From positions 1 through 64,000 of IMG/VR virus record IMGVR_UViG_3300035445_000156: a stretch of DNA of 64,000 nt, one strand, 5' to 3'. Below are positions 27,880-37,497 of the stretch, in pieces. The notes beneath the pieces were generated by a model that saw only the letters and a program-made list of their open reading frames with translations, ran no database searches and was not told where the DNA came from. Origin of the DNA: an uncultured virus (IMG/VR IMGVR_UViG_3300035445_000156) (lineage: Duplodnaviria > Heunggongvirae > Uroviricota > Caudoviricetes). Every line of letters starts with the position of its first letter. Position 1 is the first letter of the stretch. Both the position numbers and the translations under genes were made by a program.

Positions 27880-28837
27880 CGTCCCGGGGGTGCTCTCCCG
27901 GCTCGGGATAGACGCGAGGCGCCGCCGCCGCGAGCTCTGGGCGCGCTGCCCGTTCCACGCCGATCGGACGCCCTCGTGGTCGATCCGGGACGACCCCGGC
28001 AGGCCGGACCGGCACGGGCTGTGGAAGTGCCTCGGGGCGTGCCCGGAGGGGCAGAACTCCGGCTCGGTCGTCTCGCTCGTGCTGCGGCTGCTCGGCCTGC
28101 GGACGCGCGAGGAGGCGTGGCGGTGGATCAAGACGGGGAGCGCGCGCGCTCGCGTCCGGCTCTCTGTCGAGGTCGAGGAGTCGCCTCCCCCGCGGGCCTT
28201 CGCCCTGCCCGACGGCGTGCGGGTCGCGCCCGTCGCCGAGTGGGTCAGGCCGGCGCGCGACTACCTCGCGTCCCGCGGCGTGCCGCCCGAGCAGGCCGAG
28301 CGCTGGGGGCTCGGCTACGCGGCGGACGGCCGGCTGCGCGGGCGGGTCGTCATCCCGATCCGCGACTCGTCGGGCGATCTCGTGAGCTACACGGCGCGCC
28401 TGTTCGCGGGCGCCGGGCGGAAGTTCCTCGAGCCGGACGAGCGGGAGGGCGCTGACAAGTCGGCGGTATTCGGCGAGGAGCGGTGGCCCGACGAGCGGGA
28501 TCTCGTCGTGCTGACTGAGGCAGCATTCGACGCGCTCGCGGTCGAGCGGGAGACGGGCCTGCCGTTCGGCGCGATCTACGGCTCGGAGATCCTGCCGGGG
28601 CACCTGGCGCGCCTGCGCGACTTCCGGCGGGTCGTCGTCGCCTCGGACCCGGACGCCGCGGGCGAGAAGTTCTGGCGCGCCGCCCGCGCGGCATTCTCCC
28701 GGTGGGCCGATGTATCGAGGGCGGATCTCCCGGAAGGANTTGACGCGGCCGAGCTCGNACGTCGTTCTCCGGGAGAGCTCGCGCGGCGAGTGGCGGCCGC
28801 ACTGCGAGACCCGGATCGGCGAGATCTGCCGGGATGA
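27860..28837 (+). CDS. dnaG: DNA primase (CHC2 zinc finger plus TOPRIM)
   Basis: CPFH...C..AC; 'LTEAAFDAL'; 'SDPDAAG'. Confidence 0.92.
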   Translation: MSIADVDVPGVLSRLGIDARRRRRELWARCPFHADRTPSWSIRDDPGRPDRHGLWKCLGACPEGQNSGSVVSLVLRLLGLRTREEAWRWIKTGSARARVRLSVEVEESPPPRAFALPDGVRVAPVAEWVRPARDYLASRGVPPEQAERWGLGYAADGRLRGRVVIPIRDSSGDLVSYTARLFAGAGRKFLEPDEREGADKSAVFGEERWPDERDLVVLTEAAFDALAVERETGLPFGAIYGSEILPGHLARLRDFRRVVVASDPDAAGEKFWRAARAAFSRWADVSRADLPEGXDAAELXRRSPGELARRVAAALRDPDRRDLPG

Positions 28838-29108
28838 CCCGACGCGCGGGCGAGCAGCGCTCCTCGAGGCGGTCGTCCGGCACCGGGGCAACGTCCGGCA
28901 GGTCGCCCGCGAGTTCCGCTACGACCAGAAGCACTTCTACGAGCTGATCTACCGGTTCGGGCTGGAGAGCGACGTCGCCAGGGCGCGGCGCGCTGGTAGG
29001 CTCATGCCCGGCTGGCTCGAGGCGACCCGGGCCGCGCTGCAGGAGGCGATCGATGGACCCCGAGCTGGAGACGGAGCTGAAGCAGGCGTACGCGGACAAG
29101 GGCGTTGA
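28710..29108 (+). CDS. Fis-type HTH protein (start uncertain)
   Basis: 'LLEAVVRHRGNVRQVAREFRYDQKHFYELIYRFGL'. Confidence 0.65.
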   Translation: MYRGRISRKXLTRPSSXVVLRESSRGEWRPHCETRIGEICRDDPTRGRAALLEAVVRHRGNVRQVAREFRYDQKHFYELIYRFGLESDVARARRAGRLMPGWLEATRAALQEAIDGPRAGDGAEAGVRGQGR

Positions 29109-29202
29109 TCAGATCCGCGCGGACCTGGAAGCGTCCAAGTTCGCCGGCATGATCGACGTCGAGCTCGTGGCGGCCTACGTCGCCGCGGTCGCGAACGGTT
29201 GA
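29053..29202 (+). CDS. Small acidic hypothetical protein (49 aa)
   Basis: AGGAGG SD and codon bias; translated by hand as MDPELETELKQAY... Confidence 0.6.
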   Translation: MDPELETELKQAYADKGVDQIRADLEASKFAGMIDVELVAAYVAAVANG

Positions 29203-29220
29203 CCCGCGCATCATCCGGGC

Positions 29221-29481
29221 ATGGCGCGAGTTTCCGAGACGAGTCAACCGACCGAGCGTCCGAGGGGCAGGGGCGGCTTCCGCTACACGGAGATGGGGCG
29301 GCTGATCCAGGACGACCCGGAGCGGGCGTCGAAGCGCCTGACCGAGCTGATCGCGCAGCACGGCAGCCAGGTCAAGGCGGCGAGAGCGCTCGGGGTGCCG
29401 CCCCGCACGATCGTCCGGTGGATCTCCAAGGTCGCCAGTCTCAATTTCCCGATCGGCGCCCCGTCGAAAAAAACATCTTGA
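29221..29481 (+). CDS. Small HTH DNA-binding protein (repressor candidate)
   Basis: 'HGSQVKAARALGVPPRTIVRWI'. Confidence 0.8.
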   Translation: MARVSETSQPTERPRGRGGFRYTEMGRLIQDDPERASKRLTELIAQHGSQVKAARALGVPPRTIVRWISKVASLNFPIGAPSKKTS

Positions 29482-29506
29482 CCTAACCGGCAAGATGTCT
29501 CAGTGT
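29478..29506 (+). promoter_or_regulatory. Probable promoter TTGACC-17-CAGTGT with degenerate operator (GGCAAGATGTCT)
   Basis: Same register as the other operator-promoters; upstream of uvrD. Confidence 0.5.
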
Positions 29507-29546
29507 CTCCCTGCCGGACGGACGAGCCGGCGAAACGGAGACGAGC

Positions 29547-31124
29547 ATGAGCAAAGAAGGTTCCCTGATCGATTCGTGGGCCTCGGACGAGGACGCGCCC
29601 GGAGCGGTCGAGGTCGAGAGCGCGATCTTGCCCCGGCCGAACGCGCAGCAGGTCGCGATCCTGCAGGACGCTGAGCGGCGCGAGGGCGACACGGTCGTCG
29701 TCGCGCGCGCGGGCACGGGCAAGACGACGACGGCATTCGCGTCCGTCGAGCGGTTCCGCGGGGCGCGCGACGTCGCCTACCTCGCGTTCAACGCCCGCAT
29801 GGCGGAGGAGGGCAAGCGCAAGCAGCCCGGCGGCGTCGACGTGCGCACCTGGCACTCCCTCGGCCGCGGCGCGCTGTTCAAGGCCGCCCGGCAGGGCCGA
29901 CTCGGCGACCCGGACGACCAGAAGACTCGCCGCCTGATCGCCGAGGCGTGGCCCTCGGAGGTCGAGGAGCGCTCCCCCCGCGTCGGCGCGCTCGCGCGGG
30001 CGTCGGGCTTCGCCAAGAACACGCTGGCCGCTCGACCGGAAGAGATCCGGCAGATCGCCGAGCGGTTCGACCTCGACGTGGGCGCGGGCAAGCCCGACGG
30101 CACGCCCGAGTGGTTCGAGCGCTACGAGCGCTACCTCTCGCGCTTCTGCGACGACGTGATCTCGCTGCTAGACGCGGGCGTGCGCGACTGGCAGCGGCGC
30201 GGCGCGTACGACTTCGACGACATGGTCTACTTGCCGGTCAAGCTCGGTTTGACGCCGAAGCAGTTCGACCGGGTGATCGCAGACGAGGTCCAGGACCTCA
30301 ACGCTGCTCAGCACGCGCTGCTCAAGATGGCGCGCCGTCGCGGCGGGCGGGTCATCGGCTACGGCGATGACCGGCAGGCGATCTACGGCTGGCGCGGCGC
30401 CTGCTCCGACGGGATGCGCGAGCTGCGCGCCGAGCTCGCGGCGGCGGACTTGCGGCTGCCGGTCACCTACCGGTGCGGCAAGGAGATCGTCAGGCTCGCT
30501 CGGACCGCGGTGCCCGACTACGAGGCGGCCCCGACGAACCCGGACGGGCGCGTGGAGCACCTGACGGCGGAGGTGATGCTCCGGGACGCGGCGCCGGGCG
30601 ACGCGATCCTCTCGCGCGTCAACGCGCCGCTCGTCTCGCACTGTCTGGCGCTGCTCAAGCAGGGCAAGCGCGCCAAGATCGTCGGCCGCAAGGTCGGCCA
30701 GGGACTGCTCGCCCTGCTGGAGAGGGCGCAGCGCGGCGGCGCGCGCGACGTGTCGGAGTTCGTGCGCTGGGTCGAGGACTGGCTCGCGGCGGAGGTCGCG
30801 CGGTTAGAGGCGTTCGACCCGCCGCGCGAGGCCGCGATCGAGGAGGCGGGAGACTCGGCCGCTTGCCTGCTCGCGCTCACCGAGGGCGCCTCGCTCGTCT
30901 CCGACGTGCGTGGGCGACTGCTCGACCTGTTCACCGAGGACCCGGAGGGCACGATCGTCCTGTCGTCGACCCACCGGGCGAAGGGGCTGGAGTGGCCGAC
31001 CGTCTGGATGCTCGAGGGCACCTATCGGCGCCACCAGAGCCGCGAGGAGGAGAACCTCTGGTACGTCGCGGTCACGCGGGCGATGAGCCGCCTCGTGCTC
31101 GTCTCCGATCGGAGGGCATCATGA
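29547..31124 (+). CDS. uvrD: UvrD/Rep superfamily 1 helicase
   Basis: ARAGTGKTT; DEVQD; GDDRQAIYGWRGA; STHRAKGLEW; YVAVTRA. Confidence 0.93.
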   Translation: MSKEGSLIDSWASDEDAPGAVEVESAILPRPNAQQVAILQDAERREGDTVVVARAGTGKTTTAFASVERFRGARDVAYLAFNARMAEEGKRKQPGGVDVRTWHSLGRGALFKAARQGRLGDPDDQKTRRLIAEAWPSEVEERSPRVGALARASGFAKNTLAARPEEIRQIAERFDLDVGAGKPDGTPEWFERYERYLSRFCDDVISLLDAGVRDWQRRGAYDFDDMVYLPVKLGLTPKQFDRVIADEVQDLNAAQHALLKMARRRGGRVIGYGDDRQAIYGWRGACSDGMRELRAELAAADLRLPVTYRCGKEIVRLARTAVPDYEAAPTNPDGRVEHLTAEVMLRDAAPGDAILSRVNAPLVSHCLALLKQGKRAKIVGRKVGQGLLALLERAQRGGARDVSEFVRWVEDWLAAEVARLEAFDPPREAAIEEAGDSAACLLALTEGASLVSDVRGRLLDLFTEDPEGTIVLSSTHRAKGLEWPTVWMLEGTYRRHQSREEENLWYVAVTRAMSRLVLVSDRRAS

Positions 31125-31816
31125 GGCGCGCGAAGTACGGGGCGCGCCTCGTCGCGGCGCTCGGCGACGTCAGGGCGAACGTCGAGGACGAGCGCGCGNG
31201 GCGGCGCTTCTACGCGGCGGCGCGCGACGATTACGGGCGGCTCGCCGCGAGCCTGACGCGGCGGTGGTCGCTGCCGGCCGCCGTCGAGGTCGAGGACGTC
31301 GTCTCCGAGATGTTCCTCGCGACGCCGCGGTTTGTCCGTGACTGGGATCCCGGGCGTGAGGGCGCGAGACCGCTCGTCGATTACGTGGTCTTCAACGTCG
31401 TCGACAAGGCGACGAAGTGGATCCACCGGCAGCGGCGAGCCGGCGACGGCAAGTCGAGGAGCCGGCACGACCTGTCGTTCTCGTCGATCGCGCGCGCGGA
31501 CGACCGGGCGATCGAGTCGAGTCCCGAGGATCGCCTCGTCACCGGAGAATTGGCGGGCGAGTTGCAGCAGGCGGAGGCGAGGCTCGAGGGGCGCGCCTTC
31601 TATCGGGCGCTCCGGGAACGGCTGAACGGGCCGGACATGCGACTGTTCGACCGGGCCATGGCCCGGTTGCTTGACCTGGACGAGGCGGCGGCGATCATGT
31701 ACTCGGAGGACCCCGCGGAGTGCCTGCGCATGCGGGCCGGCAGCGGGGACGACGTGCGACGCGCGATGGCGCGCGTCGTGAATTTCGCGTTGGAGACGGC
31801 GGAGGGAGACCTATGA
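31121..31816 (+). CDS. Phage-encoded sigma70-family factor
   Basis: Region-2-like 'EVEDVVSEMFLA...WDPGR...LVDYVVFNV...WIHRQR'. Confidence 0.65.
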   Translation: MRRAKYGARLVAALGDVRANVEDERAXRRFYAAARDDYGRLAASLTRRWSLPAAVEVEDVVSEMFLATPRFVRDWDPGREGARPLVDYVVFNVVDKATKWIHRQRRAGDGKSRSRHDLSFSSIARADDRAIESSPEDRLVTGELAGELQQAEARLEGRAFYRALRERLNGPDMRLFDRAMARLLDLDEAAAIMYSEDPAECLRMRAGSGDDVRRAMARVVNFALETAEGDL

Positions 31817-32973
31817 AGAGCGAAGAGAAACACCGTTGGGACCGGGTGAAGGAGGAGCTCGTGACGAGCTACCTCGCAAAATTTAAGCTGGACACGGGCG
31901 GGACCACCGGCGGGTTCGACCTCAAGACGAAGTGCGAGCGGCTGCAGGAGCACTTCCTCTCGCAGCCGGGCGAGCGGCTCACGTGCCAGATCAAGACGGG
32001 CGGCTGCGGCTTCCGCACCCCGGCGTCGATCCCCGAGTGCGCCTTCTGCGGCGACAAAGAGACCGACCCGACGATCGCTGCCGCGGCGCCCCCCGCGACG
32101 GCTGAGAAGTCGCTCGTCAAGACAGAGAAGAACAAGGTGAAGCCGAAGAAGAGTCAGCCGGAACCCGCGCAGGCAGCGGAGTCCCCGCCGGTCGACGCGG
32201 GCGCGGAGAGCGGGCTCGCGAAGCCCGAGCAGCGGGCGATCTCCGAGGCGGAGCGGGAGCTCGACGTGCGCGTGGCCCGAGTCAACGAGATCCGCAAGCG
32301 CGAGCTCGAGAACTACTGGGACCTAGGTCAGGAGCTGCTCGTCATCTACGACCGGAAGCTCTACGAGCAGCGGCGCGACCCCGCGACGGGCGCGCCGCTC
32401 TACAAGAGCTTCGGGCAGTTCCTCGCGCGCGAGTTCGGCTTCTCGGACGTGCACTGCTTCCGGATGATGGACGTCGCCCGGGAGTTCAGTCGCGAGCTCG
32501 CGATCGAGCTCGGGGTCAAGAAGGCGCACCTGCTGCACTCGGCGCGCGTCGCGATCGACGCGCCGGTCAAGACGGAGAAGCAGAAGGCGGCGGCGGCCGA
32601 GCAGTTCGCGAAGTTCGTCGAGCGCGCGAAGACCGAGTCCTTCACCGAGTTGGAGAAGGACCTGCTGCCGATCATTAAGGCCGCGCCGATGCTCGACCAC
32701 GGCCGTCGCGGGCACGGCGGCCGGCCGAAGGGTCAGTCCAAGCCGGAGGCGCCCGCGATCTCCGAGCGGGAACGCGTCACGTGCGCCTACGAGCTCGGCA
32801 AGCGGTCGATCCCNCTCTACGTGCACGGNCAGAAGGGCAAGCGCGCCAAGCGCTTCCAGGACGGCCCGCACGGGGCCGAGCAGCTCGTGAACGGCGTGCT
32901 CGTCGGCTACGAGGTCGTCTACGACGCGGAGGGCTTCCTCGCGATCGACGTGACCGTCCGCCGCGCGGGCTGA
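31813..32973 (+). CDS. Putative DNA-binding protein (Zn ribbon plus DUF3102-like helical domain)
   Basis: 'YWDLGQELL...LYKSFGQFLAREFGFS...FRMMDVAREF'. Confidence 0.6.
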   Translation: MKSEEKHRWDRVKEELVTSYLAKFKLDTGGTTGGFDLKTKCERLQEHFLSQPGERLTCQIKTGGCGFRTPASIPECAFCGDKETDPTIAAAAPPATAEKSLVKTEKNKVKPKKSQPEPAQAAESPPVDAGAESGLAKPEQRAISEAERELDVRVARVNEIRKRELENYWDLGQELLVIYDRKLYEQRRDPATGAPLYKSFGQFLAREFGFSDVHCFRMMDVAREFSRELAIELGVKKAHLLHSARVAIDAPVKTEKQKAAAAEQFAKFVERAKTESFTELEKDLLPIIKAAPMLDHGRRGHGGRPKGQSKPEAPAISERERVTCAYELGKRSIXLYVHXQKGKRAKRFQDGPHGAEQLVNGVLVGYEVVYDAEGFLAIDVTVRRAG

Positions 32974-32990
32974 ACCGCATACTCGCCGGG

Positions 32991-35336
32991 GTGATCCTCC
33001 GCTCCGCGAGACGACCCGCCTCGGCGCCGCCCGCGCCGGAGATCGTCAACGCCTACTGGGACAGGGACTCGCTCTTCGTCGTCGAGCGCCGCGGCTCGGC
33101 CGTCTCGACGCGCCGGGAGCGGGCGCGACACTGCTGCTTCCTCCGGCGCTCGGAGGTCGACGCCGGGCTCGAGCGGGAGCTGCGCGCGAGCCGGCACGTC
33201 GCAGGCGTGCGCGAGGAGGGGGCGCACCTGCGCGTCTCGTGGCGCGAGCGCTGGGCGTGCCTGCAGGCAAGCCGGACAGACGGGTTCTTCGCCGCGCGCG
33301 GGGTGACCGTCCTCGAGGCGGACGTCGACCCGGTGCGCCGGTGGATCACTGACGAGCAGGTCCAGGTCGCGAGGCCGCGCCGCTGCTACCTGGACATCGA
33401 GGCCGACAGCCGCGAGCGGGACCGGGAGCGCGCCCGGATGCTCGCCTGGTCGGTCGCGGTCGACGGCGGCGAGGTCGTCGCGAGCGCGGTCCTCGCGGAG
33501 GAGACCGACGCGGCCGAGCGGGTCCTCGTCGAGGCGCTCTGGCGCGCGCTCGACGCCTACGACCAGGTGTGCGCGTGGGCCGGCGACTTCTTCGACTTCC
33601 CGCACCTGTTCGGGCGCACGAAGCGGCGGCGGGTCCCGGTCGAGACGCGACGTTGGTTGTGGCTCGACCAGCTCAAGGTGTTCCAGAAGATGAACGTCAG
33701 CGCGAGCGAGAGCGGCGACGAGAAGCAGTCGCTCAAGCTCGGGAGCGTCGCGAGGAAGCTCGTCGGCGAGGACAAGCTCGAGGGCGACGGCTCGATGTCG
33801 TGGGAGCTCTGGCTCGCGGACCCCGAGCGGCTGCGGCGCTACTGCGCGAACGACGCGCGCCTGCTCGCACTGATCGAGGGCGCGACCGGCTACGTCGAGC
33901 TGCTCCTGAGTCTCTGCCAGTGCTCCTTCACGTTCCCGGACACGGGCGGCGTCCGGCCGACGCGGCAGGTCGAGGGCTTCCTCCTGCGCCTCGGCGCCGA
34001 GCGCGACCACCGCTTCCCGACGTTCCACTACGCGGAGGAGAGCGGCGAGGAGGAGCAGTTCAAGGGCGCGTACGTGATGGACCCGACGCGCACCGGGATC
34101 GTGCGGGACGTGCACGTGTGCGACTTCGCCCGCCTCTACCCGAACGTCATGCGCACGTTCAACCTCTCGCCCGAGACGGTGCGGGGGCGGGGAGATAACA
34201 CCGGTGTTATCTCCGAGGGCCACTGCCGCGTCCCCCTGACGAACGTGCTCGTCGCGAACGAGCCGCGCGGGATCCTGCCGATCGCGCTCGACGAGCTGCT
34301 CGCGCTCCGGAAAAAGTGGGACGACGTCAAGGCCGCCCTGCCGCCCGGCTCGCCCGAGTGGAAGGACGCGGACCGGCGGTCGACCGCGTACAAGAACTCG
34401 ATCAACGCCTTCTACGGCGTGACCGGCTCGCGCTTCTCGCGCTTCTACGTGCTCGACGTGGCCGAGTCGACCGCGCAGGGCGGCGTGTGGCTCATCCAGG
34501 AGACGATCGCCGCCGCGCGCGAGCGGGGACTGGAGATCTTCTACTGCGACACGGACAGCGGATTCGAGGGCAGCGGCGCGACGGACGAGGAGTTCCTCGC
34601 GTTCGTGCGGTGGTGCAACGCGGAGCTCTACCCGCGGCTCGTGCGCGAGCGGGGCGCGACGCGCAACCACATCGAGCTCGCCTACGAGAAGAAGTTCCGT
34701 CGGCTCGTGCTCGTCGCGAAGAAGCGCTACGCCGGCCGCTACGCGCACTTCAAGGGCAAGCAAGCGCGGGACGGCGCGAAGTTCGAGGTGAAGGGTCTCG
34801 AGTACAAGCGCGGCGACGCGGTCCGGCTCGCGCGCGAGCTGCAGATGCGCGCGATCGAGATGCTGCTGCGCGAGGAGTGCGAGGACCCTGCAGCGTACGA
34901 ACGCCTCGTCGAGTCGTTCAAGGAGCGGGTCCTGAAGGGCGATCTCTCGCTCGAGGACGTCTTCCTGTCGAAGCGCTTGACGAAGCCGCTCGGCGAGTAC
35001 GCGCGCAAGCGGAAGCAGGACGGCGAGTGGGCGAAGCAGAGCGTGCACGTCGAGGTCGCGCGCGTCCTGAAGGAGCGCGGCGAGCGCGTCGAGAAGGGCG
35101 CGAAGATCGACTTCGTGATGGTCGAGGGCCCGGCCGGAGAGCCGGCGGCGATCCCCGCGGCCGACTACGCGGGCGAGTGCGACCGCTACCACCTGTGGGA
35201 GCAGCTCGTCTACCCGCCGACGCTGCGCGTGCTCGAGGCCGCGTTCCCGTCGGGCCGGTGGGAACGGTGGGAGCGCCTCACCCGGCCGGTCGCGAGGAAC
35301 GGGCAAGTCCGCTTCGACTTCATGCTCGCGACTTGA
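32991..35336 (+). CDS. polB: Family B DNA polymerase with proofreading exonuclease
   Basis: ExoI DIE, ExoII FDF, ExoIII YCAND; motifs DFARLYPN, KNSINAFYG, YCDTDS, KKRY; start set at the GTG 7 nt after CATACT. Confidence 0.95.
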   Translation: MILRSARRPASAPPAPEIVNAYWDRDSLFVVERRGSAVSTRRERARHCCFLRRSEVDAGLERELRASRHVAGVREEGAHLRVSWRERWACLQASRTDGFFAARGVTVLEADVDPVRRWITDEQVQVARPRRCYLDIEADSRERDRERARMLAWSVAVDGGEVVASAVLAEETDAAERVLVEALWRALDAYDQVCAWAGDFFDFPHLFGRTKRRRVPVETRRWLWLDQLKVFQKMNVSASESGDEKQSLKLGSVARKLVGEDKLEGDGSMSWELWLADPERLRRYCANDARLLALIEGATGYVELLLSLCQCSFTFPDTGGVRPTRQVEGFLLRLGAERDHRFPTFHYAEESGEEEQFKGAYVMDPTRTGIVRDVHVCDFARLYPNVMRTFNLSPETVRGRGDNTGVISEGHCRVPLTNVLVANEPRGILPIALDELLALRKKWDDVKAALPPGSPEWKDADRRSTAYKNSINAFYGVTGSRFSRFYVLDVAESTAQGGVWLIQETIAAARERGLEIFYCDTDSGFEGSGATDEEFLAFVRWCNAELYPRLVRERGATRNHIELAYEKKFRRLVLVAKKRYAGRYAHFKGKQARDGAKFEVKGLEYKRGDAVRLARELQMRAIEMLLREECEDPAAYERLVESFKERVLKGDLSLEDVFLSKRLTKPLGEYARKRKQDGEWAKQSVHVEVARVLKERGERVEKGAKIDFVMVEGPAGEPAAIPAADYAGECDRYHLWEQLVYPPTLRVLEAAFPSGRWERWERLTRPVARNGQVRFDFMLAT
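34192..34213. repeat. 22-bp palindrome, copy 7 (in frame inside polB)
   Basis: Exact match; reads GDNTGVISE. Confidence 0.97.
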
Positions 35337-35490
35337 CCCGCGCATCATCCGCCGCGTGAGGACCAGGAGTCAGGCGAGGCCGATCGGGGTCGTGAAACCG
35401 GAGCTCGATCGCGGAGATGACGCGAAGTCGTCCTCGGAGTGCGCGCCGCGCGACGAGGAACCGACTCTCGGGCGCGAGACGGAGGAGGCG

Positions 35491-36000
35491 ATGTCAGGCG
35501 CCGAGAGCTTCGCGCGCGCCCCGTCGATGGGCGCGTTCGACCGCGTCGTCGAGCGCCTCTACCGGGTCGACGTCGAGCGCGTGTACGCGGAGCTGGAGGA
35601 CAGGCTGTCGCTCGGGCGCGCGTCGGAGGCGGAGCCCGCGATCCTCGTCAACGAGCTCGACCTAGCGTGCTCGCGCGCGCGCGACGCGCACCTGCTCTAC
35701 GTGAACGCGCGCGTCGCATTGGAGGGCTTCGAGATCGACGCGTCGATCCTCGAGAGCGACATGCGCGCGCAGGCGACTGCCGTCCTGCAGGCGGAGAAGT
35801 CGGCCGGACAGCGGAACAAGGCGATCACGGACGCGGACGTGGAGAGCCAGATGGGCAAGCAGTTCCCGGACCAGTACAGGGCGACGCGGATCAATAGGGA
35901 GAAGGCGAAGCGCGCGGTCGAGCACTTGAAGGCGTTCGCCGACCTGTGGGCGTCCCGGCAGCAGGCGCTCGACGCGATGGTCCGGACCGCGAGGCGGTAA
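35491..36000 (+). CDS. Helical protein, possible UvsY-like recombination mediator
   Basis: GGAGGAGG SD; 'AITDADVES' helical pattern; lies before SSB and RecA. Confidence 0.5.
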   Translation: MSGAESFARAPSMGAFDRVVERLYRVDVERVYAELEDRLSLGRASEAEPAILVNELDLACSRARDAHLLYVNARVALEGFEIDASILESDMRAQATAVLQAEKSAGQRNKAITDADVESQMGKQFPDQYRATRINREKAKRAVEHLKAFADLWASRQQALDAMVRTARR

Positions 36001-36045
36001 CTAACGACGAACAAGAAGAGCGAAAGAGCGAGAGGAGCAAAGACG

Positions 36046-37497
36046 ATGAGCGAGGAGATCGGGGTAGGGCTGGACGAGTTCCTGAAGCACAGCAACCGGG
36101 CGAACAATGCGGGCTGGCTCAAGTGGCGGGACAAGGGGTCGGCGAAGGTCTGGATCCACCCGCGGACGTGGAGCGGCGCGCCGCGGGACGAGGACGGGCG
36201 GCCGAAGGTCGCGATCTGGAACCACAAGTGGTTCCGGGTGATCGAGGTCGAGAAGGAGGGCGAGAAGGAGCTGCGGGTCGTGCAGTCCCGCTTCGTGTCG
36301 CACGAGCCGGAGAAGGTCCTGAAGAAGCAGTACTTCCGCGACGACGAGGGCGAGCGCGAGCACCCGCCGGTCCTCTGCCCGATGTCCTTCCTGACCGACT
36401 GGGTCTACCGGGCGATCGAGGCGGGCGCGCTCGACTGGACGACTCCCGTCTTCCACTTCGAGGGCGACGACCCCGACCAGGCGGTGACGCTGCACGCGGG
36501 CGGGATCGTCGGGATGTTCAACTCGCGCGACCTGACGAAGGAGCAGAAGCAGCAGCTCAAGAACGCGCGGATCTCGCCGAAGGATTCTTGGAAGGAGAAC
36601 CTGATGGCCCGCTGCCAGTACCTCTTCCTCGTCGTGGACGACGAGGAGCCGGACGCGGGGGTCCTCAAGGCGACCGAGGCCGACGCGATCGGCCAGGGCA
36701 TGCGGAAGGCGATCAAGGAGGAGATGATCCGCAAGGGGCGCGAGAAGGGCGACCCGACGCGCAGGCCGTACCCGTTCCAGTGGACCTACGACGAGAACGA
36801 GCCGAACCCGCAGCGGAAGTACAACGTGATCGCGCTGGAGGACGAGCCGCGGCGGGAGGTGCTCGAGCTGCTCCGCGAGGAGGCGCCGGACGTCGCGGCC
36901 GACTACCAGCCGGGCGACTGCGCCCTGCTCCGGGCGGAGATGGAGGCGCACCTCTGCGAGGGCGTGTCGATCCCGTTCGNCGAAATCTTCGCGGCGGCCG
37001 AGAAGGCCNGTCTCATGAAGCCGAAGGCGAGCGAGCCCAAGAAGGCGCAGAGCAAGGAAGAGGGGCCGGCGGCAGACGAGGAGAAGATCGGCTGCGACTA
37101 CTGCCTCAAGGAGCTCGGGAACGAGGACGTCTTCTGCGCCGGTTGCGGCACGACGTACGACGAGCAGACGTTCCAGGTCGACGGGCTCCCGTGCCTGTCC
37201 GAGAAGTGCGCGGGGAAGAAGCACCCGGTCTCGATCGTCCCGACGGAGAAGAACGCCAAGACGGCGGACGGCAGGTCGCGGTTCGTCTGCGAGAAGTGCG
37301 CGGCGATCCACGAGCTGCGACCGGGGGCGGAACCGCTCAAGGAGCGCTGGTCGGTCGTCGAAGTCAAGAAGGCGGAGCCCGCGAAGGACAAGCCCGCGCA
37401 AAAGGGTCGGCGGGCGGCGAGGGCGGCCGCGCCGACGGGCAAGCCGTTCCAGAGTTCTGACGCGGCGAAGGACGACTTCCCGCCCTCGTGGAAATGA
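36046..37497 (+). CDS. Putative ssDNA-binding protein (gp32-like) with C-terminal Zn ribbons
   Basis: Position between PolB and RecA; H...CP motif; acidic/aromatic tail DDFPPSWK. Confidence 0.6.
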   Translation: MSEEIGVGLDEFLKHSNRANNAGWLKWRDKGSAKVWIHPRTWSGAPRDEDGRPKVAIWNHKWFRVIEVEKEGEKELRVVQSRFVSHEPEKVLKKQYFRDDEGEREHPPVLCPMSFLTDWVYRAIEAGALDWTTPVFHFEGDDPDQAVTLHAGGIVGMFNSRDLTKEQKQQLKNARISPKDSWKENLMARCQYLFLVVDDEEPDAGVLKATEADAIGQGMRKAIKEEMIRKGREKGDPTRRPYPFQWTYDENEPNPQRKYNVIALEDEPRREVLELLREEAPDVAADYQPGDCALLRAEMEAHLCEGVSIPFXEIFAAAEKAXLMKPKASEPKKAQSKEEGPAADEEKIGCDYCLKELGNEDVFCAGCGTTYDEQTFQVDGLPCLSEKCAGKKHPVSIVPTEKNAKTADGRSRFVCEKCAAIHELRPGAEPLKERWSVVEVKKAEPAKDKPAQKGRRAARAAAPTGKPFQSSDAAKDDFPPSWK

